A stretch of 64,000 nucleotides of DNA from an uncultured Methanosarcinaceae archaeon (lineage in GTDB: Archaea > Halobacteriota > Methanosarcinia > Methanosarcinales > Methanosarcinaceae): assembly GCA_963727895.1 (NCBI GenBank), contig CAVSHT010000011.1, positions 256,001 through 320,000 on the forward strand, written 5' to 3'. Each line of letters begins with the position of its first letter. Position 1 is the first letter of the stretch. Positions 52,295 to 61,754 of this stretch are shown here, one piece after another. The notes beneath the pieces are model-generated. The model ran no database searches. It had not been told where the DNA came from and saw nothing but the letters and a program-made list of their open reading frames with translations. Both the position numbers and the translations under genes were made by a program.

Positions 52295-53481
52295 TGCCTT
52301 CAAAAAAAGTTGCTTTTGTAGTCCAGCGTTATGGTCTGGAAGTTAATGGAGGTGCTGAATTCCACTGTAGGCTTGTAGCTGAGCATTTGTCCAAATATTT
52401 TGATGTAGAAGTGTTAACTACGTGTGCAGTAGATTATGGAACATGGAAAAATGACTACTCTGAAGGGACTGAAACCTTAAACGGGGTATTAGTCAGGAGA
52501 TTCCCTGTTGACTATGAAAGAGATTTACTGAAATTTAATAAATTTTCTCAGAAAATTTTTGGTAGTAGTCACACCTATGAAGATGAAATTGAATGGATGA
52601 AACTTCAAGGTCCGTATTCAACAAAACTTTTAAACTACCTAAAAAAGAATAAAGATAATTATAATTGTTTCATCTTTTTTACATATCTATACTGCACTAC
52701 TTATTTTGGTCTTCCGCTTGTAAAAGAAAAAGCGTTGCTTGTTCCTACAGCACATGATGAACCACCTATTCATTTATCAATCTTCAATTCTCTTTTCAAC
52801 AAGCCAGTTCATTTTATCTATAACACAAAGGAAGAAAAAAATTTAGTTATTTCAAAATTCCGGGTCTCAAATATACCTTCTGATGTTGTAGGTGTAGGTA
52901 TAGACATTCCGGATGAAATTGATTCCGCTTCATTTGTTCAGAAATATAATCTGGACGACTTTATTATTTTTGTTGGGAGAATCGAAGAGTCTAAAGGTTG
53001 TCAGGAATTATTTGATTATTTTCTTCGTTATAAAAAGGAAAAGAAATCTTCTCTTAAGCTCGTTTTACTGGGAAAACAGATTATGAAGATTTCTCAAAGC
53101 CCTGATATTTTTTCCCTCGGTTTTGTACCGGAACAGGATAAGTTTAACGGGATAAAATCGGCTAAACTATTAATAATGCCTTCGAAGTACGAAAGTTTGT
53201 CAATGGTCCTGCTGGAATCATGGCTATGTAATACGCCTGTACTTGTAAATGGACGTTGTGACATATTAAAAGGTCAGTGTATCAGAAGCAATGCAGGACT
53301 GTATTATGAAAACTATGATGAATTTGAGGTATGTCTGGATTTCCTTCTGAAAAACGATGGATTGAGACATGCTATGGGGATAAATGGAATGAAATTTGTT
53401 TTGGAAAATTACTCATGGGAAAGCATAGAGAAGAAGTATATTTCAATATTGCAGAAAGTTGAGAATTCTTTAGAGAATTAG
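52294..53481 (+). CDS. GT4 glycosyltransferase, paralogue of 50073-51242
   Basis: GGAE, FVGRIEESK, ESLSMVLLESW. Confidence 0.92.
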   Translation: MPSKKVAFVVQRYGLEVNGGAEFHCRLVAEHLSKYFDVEVLTTCAVDYGTWKNDYSEGTETLNGVLVRRFPVDYERDLLKFNKFSQKIFGSSHTYEDEIEWMKLQGPYSTKLLNYLKKNKDNYNCFIFFTYLYCTTYFGLPLVKEKALLVPTAHDEPPIHLSIFNSLFNKPVHFIYNTKEEKNLVISKFRVSNIPSDVVGVGIDIPDEIDSASFVQKYNLDDFIIFVGRIEESKGCQELFDYFLRYKKEKKSSLKLVLLGKQIMKISQSPDIFSLGFVPEQDKFNGIKSAKLLIMPSKYESLSMVLLESWLCNTPVLVNGRCDILKGQCIRSNAGLYYENYDEFEVCLDFLLKNDGLRHAMGINGMKFVLENYSWESIEKKYISILQKVENSLEN

Positions 53482-53966
53482 GTTTTGTAGAAATCTTTCC
53501 ATATCTGTTTTTCGGAAAACCTCATAAAAAAGAATATTAAAAATGCTCCTTATTTTTTGTCCCCACAAAAAACTAGGAGTAATTTCTATTGTCATCAAGC
53601 AAGTATATTCTATTTATTTCCATTATTCTATTTATTTCTATTATTAAATTTATTGATATTAGTCTCAAAATTATTCAGGCTTACAGATTTAACCTTTACT
53701 CCTGTAAATATTCTAAACAGGTTTATACTCAATATCAGTTTCTTGTTTTTTTATTGAAAGAGTATATAAGCATAGATTATCGTGATTTTTTAGAACTTAT
53801 TTGCCTTATGAGCAATGTAAAGGAGAATACAGAAATCAGATATATTTGACCTTTTTGAAATATAGTACTACCGATGGCGTATTTATTCGAGATAATATAA
53901 TCAGTAATATAGTTACTGACTAATAATTATCAATAGTTTTTTATACTTTTGGTTTTATGTAACCCC

Positions 53967-54082
53967 TGCAGGTCGACAAATCTACTTGTTACACAGAAAA
54001 TTACCTCCTTTAATACCCCATAAACTGTTAAAATAAACACCACCAACACTCCCATTTGTCGATCTGTCAATCCTCCTTTTTT
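53967..54082 (+). ncRNA. Candidate sRNA with anti-Shine-Dalgarno motifs
   Basis: TTTATA ~25 nt upstream; closing stem 53968-53981/54054-54067; ACCTCCTT and TCCTCCTT motifs; terminal T6. Confidence 0.4.
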
Positions 54083-54191
54083 GTGAAATTAAAGCTAAAA
54101 AATATTTTCATCAAAAAATAACTAAAATTTCAAAAACCTTCTATGTCTTAATTTTTTTAAAAAATCAAGCTTTTTTGTATTAATGAGTAAA

Positions 54192-55760
54192 TTAACCTTT
54201 TAGATACTTTTGCTTAAAACGCAGCCAACCATTGCCTTTGTCTAGATTCCATGCATGGTATACAGATGTCGCATTAACTCCACTAAAATGATAGATTGTA
54301 TAATTGCTGCAGTGCAATATCCTATCCGGCTTATGTGCCGTAACAAAAGCATTAGGAGTATTTGACTGTGAATCATCATCACTGATAATAAAATAATCAG
54401 TCGGTTTTTCATTGTACCATCTTACACAGGAATTCCATTCGCATGGAATAAAGCCATTATCTGTAAAGATAACTGGACGGACAAGCACCTTTTCGTTTGA
54501 AAAATATGTAGTTATACCAGCATCCCAATAGTCAGCATACGCATAAGTAATATTATTTGCTTCCATATAATTAATAAGTTCATATGCTCTGGCATCTGGT
54601 TGAGAATCTAGATTTGTAACAGAAAAAATGTTAGCCGTAGCAGATGATATTAAAATAATGGCAATGAGAGAAATATACAAATGATTTTTTGAGCTTGCAA
54701 AAAAGGATAGAATCATGAATACCGAAATAGCTGTGAACCCAAGGTATCTGTAAGTTCCTTCGCTTAAACTAGTGAAGGTAAGTCCAGCGAACATTATCGC
54801 GGCTGATAAGGTCATTATAATAGCAAATCTCTTCATTCCAGGATTAGTAGCATGCCCCATATTCCAGATAGCAATGCAAAGGGCTGTTAAAAAAACAAGC
54901 GTAAGTAATATGTCAACAAAAGAAGGATTATGTCCTTCAGTCAGTATATGATATAAGCCTGTACTCAGATACATTGACAAGTGACGGAAAAAATCGATGG
55001 CATTAATGTACATGTTGGACTGTTTCTGAACACTAAACAGGTTTGGTACCAGGTAGTCAATAAACAGGGATTTAATAACGGCGACGAGCCCAGCAAGAAT
55101 CGTCCATGATATAATCCATATATTTAGACTCTTGGACCTATTATGGTTAACTAAAAAATAAGCAGCAAAAAATGGTATAACGAACCACGCAACCACAATA
55201 GTATCAGATAGTACTGTTAGAGATATTAAAATCGTAATTAAACTCAACTGCAATGTACCGGCTTTTTCTAGAGACAGTATCAAAAGAAGTAGGATACCAG
55301 TAAAGAATAAAGTACCAGTATGAGTCAAAGCTAGGGCATAAACTTTTTCGTAAGCTGGCATGTTTATATTCGCTAGTAGAGCAGCAAAAACAAGAGCTGA
55401 AATAAGGCCTTTATTTGTGATCTTATAAACAAGATAAGAGAATATTACCAATACACCGATAAAAATCATATAAACGGTTAATCGCAACACTGTTGGGTTA
55501 TAATTAGTAATTTCTTGTAGTACAAGATGAAACGGTATCAATTCAGTAAAAAAGTATGGGTCTAAAGAAGGAAGGTAAATGCCTGAAAGAAAATAATTAT
55601 GATGTCTCCAGAACTCCATCGCTATGAGACCAGCATTGGTATTATCGCTATTTAGATGAAGATGTAGTGTAACAAGTAGCTTACAGACTAGTCCTTCGAT
55701 GATTAGCACGATTAAAGCGACAATTGGTAGCTGCTCTATTAATATACGTTTTTTATCCAC
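54192..55760 (-). CDS. Polytopic membrane protein, probable GT-C glycosyltransferase
   Basis: NSD after TM1, many TM helices, RY, YADYWDA; downstream of a GT2-GtrA gene. Confidence 0.65.
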   Translation of the reverse strand: MDKKRILIEQLPIVALIVLIIEGLVCKLLVTLHLHLNSDNTNAGLIAMEFWRHHNYFLSGIYLPSLDPYFFTELIPFHLVLQEITNYNPTVLRLTVYMIFIGVLVIFSYLVYKITNKGLISALVFAALLANINMPAYEKVYALALTHTGTLFFTGILLLLILSLEKAGTLQLSLITILISLTVLSDTIVVAWFVIPFFAAYFLVNHNRSKSLNIWIISWTILAGLVAVIKSLFIDYLVPNLFSVQKQSNMYINAIDFFRHLSMYLSTGLYHILTEGHNPSFVDILLTLVFLTALCIAIWNMGHATNPGMKRFAIIMTLSAAIMFAGLTFTSLSEGTYRYLGFTAISVFMILSFFASSKNHLYISLIAIILISSATANIFSVTNLDSQPDARAYELINYMEANNITYAYADYWDAGITTYFSNEKVLVRPVIFTDNGFIPCEWNSCVRWYNEKPTDYFIISDDDSQSNTPNAFVTAHKPDRILHCSNYTIYHFSGVNATSVYHAWNLDKGNGWLRFKQKYLKG

Positions 55761-55831
55761 AATAACATCCCAATACTTTTGATTAGCTTATATCTAAAAT
55801 CTATGAAAATCTGCGTTTTTATAATTTCATA

Positions 55832-57028
55832 TTATTTTTTAGCTTTTTCGTTTTCAGTAGAATGAACGTCAAAAGACATGTTTTGATAAGCTGAATAGTT
55901 ATCAGATGTTTTTATTTTCCATGTAATATGTCTGTTTATTATGTAGTTCCAGAAAAAAACAATTAGTATTCCTATAAGATTTGAAATAAGATAATAAATT
56001 TTAAAAAAATCTGTCAAAATATATAATATTCCTATGTTAATTATAAGTCCTATTATAGAGACACACTGGAAAGAAAAAAACCTTTGAAATCTATTCTGTG
56101 TAAATGAATCTATTTTATCTTTTGGCTTAAAAGTCCAGAAGTCATTAAGGATAAAATTATTTAGAATGGATATTTCTATTGCTATTACACTGGCTGTGAG
56201 ATAATAAAGACCTATATATTCAGTAAATAAATACAGAAAACCTATATTAACCAACACACCAGACAGTCCAACAAAACAAAATTTTAGTATTTTCTGCCAT
56301 TCATTCCATATATGGTTATTGCGGGAACTTAAAGAATATTCAGCCAGACTTAAAATCTGCTTTGCATAATCGCTTATAATGCAGAAGGTGAGCTTACTCT
56401 CTCCATTCTGTCTATCTGTAAATGTAAACGGAATCTCAAAGACTGATTTCCACTGCCCTTTGCCAAGAACTTCCATTAGGATCTTATATCCTCTAGGATA
56501 AAGTTGAATTCCGAAGACCACTTCTTTTTTAAGAGCAAAAAATCCGCTTACAGGATCCGTAATTTCAGGAAATAATATTCTTCCTAAGCCGGTTGCCCCA
56601 AAAGACAAAATTCGACGCTTTAGAGGCCATTGTTTAATGCCTCCTCCAGAGGTATATCGGCTTCCTATGACAATGTCGGCTCCTTTTTTTATTTTTTCAT
56701 AAAAAAGAGGAATTAATTCTGGTGGATGGGAAAAATCGGCATCTATTACCATAAAAATATCCGAATTCGCCTGTTTGAAACCTTCTATTACGGACTGCGA
56801 CAGTCCAGGATCTTCATGCCTGACAATAATCTTCAAATTATTATATTTCAATGTGAGATCCTGGACAATTTCGATAGTCTTATCGCGAGATTCATCATCA
56901 ACAACCAGAATTTCCCCAGAAATATTATTTGATAAAAAGGTTGAATTCACAGCCTCAATGATGTTAGCAATATTAGCCTCTTCGTTAAAAGTCGGAACAA
57001 TTACTGTTATTTCATATTGGACGTGCAT
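55832..57028 (-). CDS. Dolichol-phosphate glycosyltransferase (GT2, DPM1-like) fused to a GtrA domain
   Basis: PTFNE, VDDESRD, IDADFSHPP, DPVSGFF; C-terminal KFCFVGLSG...NNFILNDFWTF. Confidence 0.92.
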   Translation of the reverse strand: MHVQYEITVIVPTFNEEANIANIIEAVNSTFLSNNISGEILVVDDESRDKTIEIVQDLTLKYNNLKIIVRHEDPGLSQSVIEGFKQANSDIFMVIDADFSHPPELIPLFYEKIKKGADIVIGSRYTSGGGIKQWPLKRRILSFGATGLGRILFPEITDPVSGFFALKKEVVFGIQLYPRGYKILMEVLGKGQWKSVFEIPFTFTDRQNGESKLTFCIISDYAKQILSLAEYSLSSRNNHIWNEWQKILKFCFVGLSGVLVNIGFLYLFTEYIGLYYLTASVIAIEISILNNFILNDFWTFKPKDKIDSFTQNRFQRFFSFQCVSIIGLIINIGILYILTDFFKIYYLISNLIGILIVFFWNYIINRHITWKIKTSDNYSAYQNMSFDVHSTENEKAKK

Positions 57029-57264
57029 TTTAACTCCATTATAAATATTTTAAGAGTTGAAATAGTTATCGAGACGAAAAATAAAATATTTGTATAATTT
57101 TTCAAAAAATTGTGTATTATTTTGAACCCTCGAGTATTATTTATAATTTCTGATAGCACTATAATATATAAAAAACATTAATATCCAACAAAAAATTTAT
57201 ATTTTTATTTAAAGGTAAAACCAAATGTAATCTTCGATGTAATTATACTTAAATATTAAAAAAT

Positions 57265-58012
57265 GGCATTGTTACTTAACTATATCTATTTCTTTATTTC
57301 TTTATTTCTTTATTTCATCAATAGAATAACCTAGTACTTTAGTATTTCAATACTCTTCGTATAACACTTTGTCTTTCTTCTCAACCTTGCCAAAAAGTGC
57401 CTCAATATGCTGTTATATCCTTCAACAGTATACGTTTCTGCTTTTGATTGAGTATGAATCTTTTCAGGAATAAACTCTGCATATGCTCTCCAGTGATCTG
57501 TCATCACTTCTCCAATCTCTTTTTTCTTCACTTTTTCCCAGAGTAGTTTTCCAGTCTCCGTTCCTCTGCTACCAAAAGAGCAGTTGATGAACTTTTTCCC
57601 AACTCTATCAACAGCAATCCAGATCCAGCAATATTTTTTTTGTTACCGATGTACGTGTGCATTTCATCCATTTCAACAATAGATATCTCATTTTCACTTT
57701 TTAGGTCCTCTAACTCCTGACCAAATTTCTTTATCCATCTTTGGACAGAAACATGACTCACCCCTAAAACTCTTCCTATTGAACGAAAGCCCAATCCTTC
57801 AAGGTAAAGTTGTAAAGCCTGTTTTTTTACATAAGTGGAAAAAGCAGTTGATTTTAGCTCTACTGTATAGTTATATCCACAATCATGGCATTTGTAGCGT
57901 TGACGACCACCAACTATACCATTCTTTTTGTGACTGGAACTATTGCATCTTGGGCAGTTCATGAAGAAATATACTTTCTAATAGTATATAACTATGTTTA
58001 AGTATCAATTCC
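57265..58012 (-). mobile_element. IS1-family element, full length
   Basis: Ends GGCATTGTTAC / GTATCAATTCC; insA from ATG 57962 (CPRC..CHDC); A8 slippery run at ~57634-57641; TAG at 57331-57333 near the end of insB. Confidence 0.94.
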
Positions 58013-58236
58013 AAAAAGTTATAAAAAATATTAAGAGAAAATTTGTTCAAAAATACGGTTCTTTAGCTTCATTTTTAGTCGAAAGAACTGTAAGTTGTAA
58101 AATCAAAGAAAGAAAAGAAATTACAAAATAATTAGAAATAAAAATAAACTTTAGTATATGTTGAACTATTTATTTTTTGAACCATTTAATTTGTAGAAGA
58201 GACGTTTTATAAATAACCCGAGAATACTGAGGAAAA

Positions 58237-58924
58237 ATGCTTTTTGAAACCAATGTTATTAAAGTTATCCAGAGAACGCCTGATGTAATGAGCTTCAGAT
58301 TTGAAAAACCTCATGGATTCAATTACCTTGCAGGCCAATATGTAGTCCTGACTCTGGGCAACAATTCTAATCAGATGAAGAAACCCTTTACTTTATCCAG
58401 TAGCCCTACAGAAGAATTTCTTGAGATTACTAAAAAATTGACAGGTCATCCATTTTCAAATGCTCTTACTGAACTGAAATCAGGAGACACAGTTGTTATA
58501 AACGGACCTTATGGAGTATTCACTTTTCAGGAAGAATATACTAACATAAGCATGCTCTCTGGAGGTATAGGTATAACTCCGTTGAGAAGCATGATTAAAT
58601 ATTCGATCGATAAAAAGATTAATACTGATATCGTTTTGATTTATTCCAATAGATACGAAACTGATATAGCCTTTAGGGACGAACTGGAACTTATTCAAAG
58701 TAAACAACCTAACATAATAATAATTAACACAATTACCAGACCTGAATTTAGCTGGAAGGGCGTTACAAGAAGGATCGATACAGATGATCAAGAAATATCT
58801 TCCAGATTACAGAAACCGTACATTTTTTATATGCGGCCCAATGGAAATGGTAAATTCAATAATATCTCTTTTAAAAGACCTGGAAATTCCAGAGGAACAG
58901 ATAAAAAGAGAAATTATTACTTAG
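58237..58924 (+). pseudogene. FNR-like FAD/NAD-binding oxidoreductase, frameshifted near 58785
   Basis: AGQY, KPFTLSS, GPYG, GGIGITP; FFICGPMEMV lies in another frame ending at TAG 58922-58924. Confidence 0.85.
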
Positions 58925-59286
58925 TAATAACTGATTTTATATTTTTTAATTCAATACTACTTAAATCTGTGTATTTTTAATCTGTGTATTGAACTTTTCA
59001 TAAAGAAAATACTGATCTGAACTTTTTTAATAAAAATCAATCTAACCCCAACTTTTATAAGAAAAGTCATTAAATTCCTATTTACATAAGGACATCGGGG
59101 AAAATATACAAAAAACAAATTAAATTTAGAATTTGTTTTAACAAATATTATTTATCTTGATTATTTATACAATATAATTTGGATAAATTTAGAATTTTTG
59201 GACGACCAGCGAACTAACATTATTTCAGATTAAGCTGATGGGGCAATTACGTTAGTAATAATTTTTGATATTTTGGGGGAGATACT

Positions 59287-60324
59287 ATGTACAGTTCGAG
59301 AGGTCAATTGAGAAATCAAGAGACCTATACAATAGATTATCCTATTAATTTTCCAGTCGCTTACGATATGCTGAAAGGTTATACTTCATATAGACCCGAT
59401 ATCTCGATTATAATCCCAGTTTATAATGAAGAAGGAAATATAAATGAACTATATGATCAGTTATATAATATTCTTTTTGTACTGGACAAGACATATGAAA
59501 TAATTTTTGTAGACGATGGGTCGAAAGATAACACATTTCAAGAAATAAAAGCACTTAAAGACAGTAATATAAGAATTGTAAGGTTTCAAAGGAATTACGG
59601 AAAAGCTGCAGCTCTTTCCTGCGGCTTTAATAAATCAATGGGAAATTTTGTCATAACTATGGATGGAGACCTGCAAGACGACCCTAAAGAAATTCCAAGG
59701 TTCCTTGAAAAATTAAAGAAATTTGACATGGTTTCCGGATGGAAAGTAAACAGGCAAGATCCCGTTTCAAAAACATTTCCTTCAAAATGCTTCAATAAAT
59801 TAACCCGGTTTATAACAGGAATCAACATAAATGATTTTAACTGCGGCTACAAAGGATATAGAAGAGAAGTTGTAAAAAATATAAAGTTATATGGAGAGTT
59901 TCACCGTTATATTCCGGTCCTGGCTCACTGGAAAGGTTACACTGTTGGAGAAATAGAAGTTGAGCATCATCCAAGGATTCACGGGAAATCTAAATATGGA
60001 ATTAGCAGAATTTTAAATGGTTTTTTTGACTTGATAACAATCACTTTTTTAATGCTATACAATAAAAGACCATTACATATATTCGGAGGCATAGGCACCG
60101 TATTAGGTTTTTCAGGAATAATAATCTCCCTGTATATGTTATCATCATGGATTACAGGTACTAGAATTGGAGATAGACCTCTTCTTATGTTAGGTATACT
60201 GCTTACAGTTATAGGAGCTCAATTTGTTTCTCTAGGACTAATCGGCGAACTGATAACAAGCTCCAGAAACAATGATGATTATATAATACGGTTTGACAGC
60301 TATGAACCGGAAAACAACAAGTAA
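59287..60324 (+). CDS. GT2 polyprenol-phosphate glycosyltransferase (ArnC/GtrB-like)
   Basis: PVYNEE, VDDGSKD, MDGDLQDDP, DFNCGYK, two C-terminal TM helices. Confidence 0.92.
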   Translation: MYSSRGQLRNQETYTIDYPINFPVAYDMLKGYTSYRPDISIIIPVYNEEGNINELYDQLYNILFVLDKTYEIIFVDDGSKDNTFQEIKALKDSNIRIVRFQRNYGKAAALSCGFNKSMGNFVITMDGDLQDDPKEIPRFLEKLKKFDMVSGWKVNRQDPVSKTFPSKCFNKLTRFITGININDFNCGYKGYRREVVKNIKLYGEFHRYIPVLAHWKGYTVGEIEVEHHPRIHGKSKYGISRILNGFFDLITITFLMLYNKRPLHIFGGIGTVLGFSGIIISLYMLSSWITGTRIGDRPLLMLGILLTVIGAQFVSLGLIGELITSSRNNDDYIIRFDSYEPENNK

Positions 60325-60622
60325 ATTTGCAATTCATCTGGTCTTCTATCGTATATTTTAAGTAAAAGAAAAGATTGTTAAATGAAATCAGAGGTATTAA
60401 AACCCAATTTTAGATACTTTACCTATCTTACACTAAAACAAATTTAATTTCAATATTTATAGATCATAATTAAAAAATGGCTCTGTATAAATTTTTTGAG
60501 ATAAAGAACTCTAATAAATTTGAAACAAGTAACCTTTAATACATTGTCACTCGTTTATTTATAGACTCTTAGAATTTATATACATATAGTTTTTCTACAA
60601 AACCAAAAATAATAATTTATTA

Positions 60623-61361
60623 GGTATTGATACTTAAACATAGTTATATACTATTAGAAAGTATATTTCTTCATTAACTGCCCCAGATGCAATAGTTCCA
60701 GTCACAAAAAGAACGGTATAGTTGGTGGGCGTCAACGCTACAAATGTCATGATTGTGGCTATAACTATACAGTAAAGCTAAAATCAACTGCTTTTTCCAC
60801 CTCTGTCAAAAAACAGGCTTTACAACTTTACCTTGAAGGATTGGGCTTTCGCTCAATAGGAAGAGTTTTAGGGGTGAGTCATGTTTCTGTCCAAAGATGG
60901 ATAAAGAAATTTGGTCAGGAGTTAGAGGACCTAAAAAGTGAAAATGAGATATCTATTGTTGAAATGGATGAGATGCACACTTACATCGGTAACAAAAAAA
61001 TATTGCTGGATCTGGATTGCTGTTGATAGAGTTGGGAAAAAGTTCATCAACTGCTCTTTTGGTAGCAGAGGAACGGAGACTGGAAAACTACTCTGGGAAA
61101 AAGTGAAGAAAAAAGAGATTGGAAAAGTGATGACAGATCACTGGAGAGCATATGCAGAGTTTCTTCCAGAAAAGATTCATACTCAATCAAAAGCAGAAAC
61201 GTATACTGTTGAAGGATATAACAGCATATTGAGGCACTTTTTGGCAAGGTTGAGAAGAAAGACAAAGTGTTATACGAAGAGTATTGAAATGCTAAAGTAC
61301 TAGGTTATTCCATTGATGAAATACAGAAATAAAGAACTAGATATATTTGAGTAACAATGCC
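60623..61361 (+). mobile_element. IS1-family element, full length, start codon mutated to ATT
   Basis: Ends GGTATTGATAC / GTAACAATGCC; inverted relative to the 57-kb copy and shares its TAG (61301-61303). Confidence 0.94.
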
Positions 61362-61754
61362 AAAAATATTTATACTTTTTGAACATATAGCTTATTTTAA
61401 GTCTGACAATATGAATAATTTGAATAATTATTAATCCAGTTTTTAAGTAGTTTTTGAAAAAACAGTGGAAAATGACATATTTTTATTTTTAGAACATTCT
61501 TCAATTTTTAAAATCACTGAACAAATCCAAATACTAGAACTTCGATTTGTGAGTTAAATAATCTTGTGTGAATTTGAGGTCTGTACAATTGTTGGTTATA
61601 ACGACTAAAAATAGGTAACAGACGTGGGTTATTGAAAATCATAAGCATAAGAATTTCTCTATCTTTCTGTTAAATAAAGAATATGTACTCATTTTTTTCG
61701 GAAACGATCAACTGCTCACGGACACGACCATAAATAAAACGAAGGCTAATAAGA

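Noticed and set aside
53557..53849. Short I/L/F-rich ORFs
   Set aside because: AT-rich low-complexity frames with TTG starts and no RBS.
53965..53976. CCTGCAGGTCGA(C) resembling the pUC polylinker
   Set aside because: Only ~13 nt match, the flanks are not vector-like, and it is one arm of a native stem.
61400..61754. c-di-AMP (ydaO) riboswitch before the KimA-like gene
   Set aside because: No recognisable consensus or GC-rich stems.
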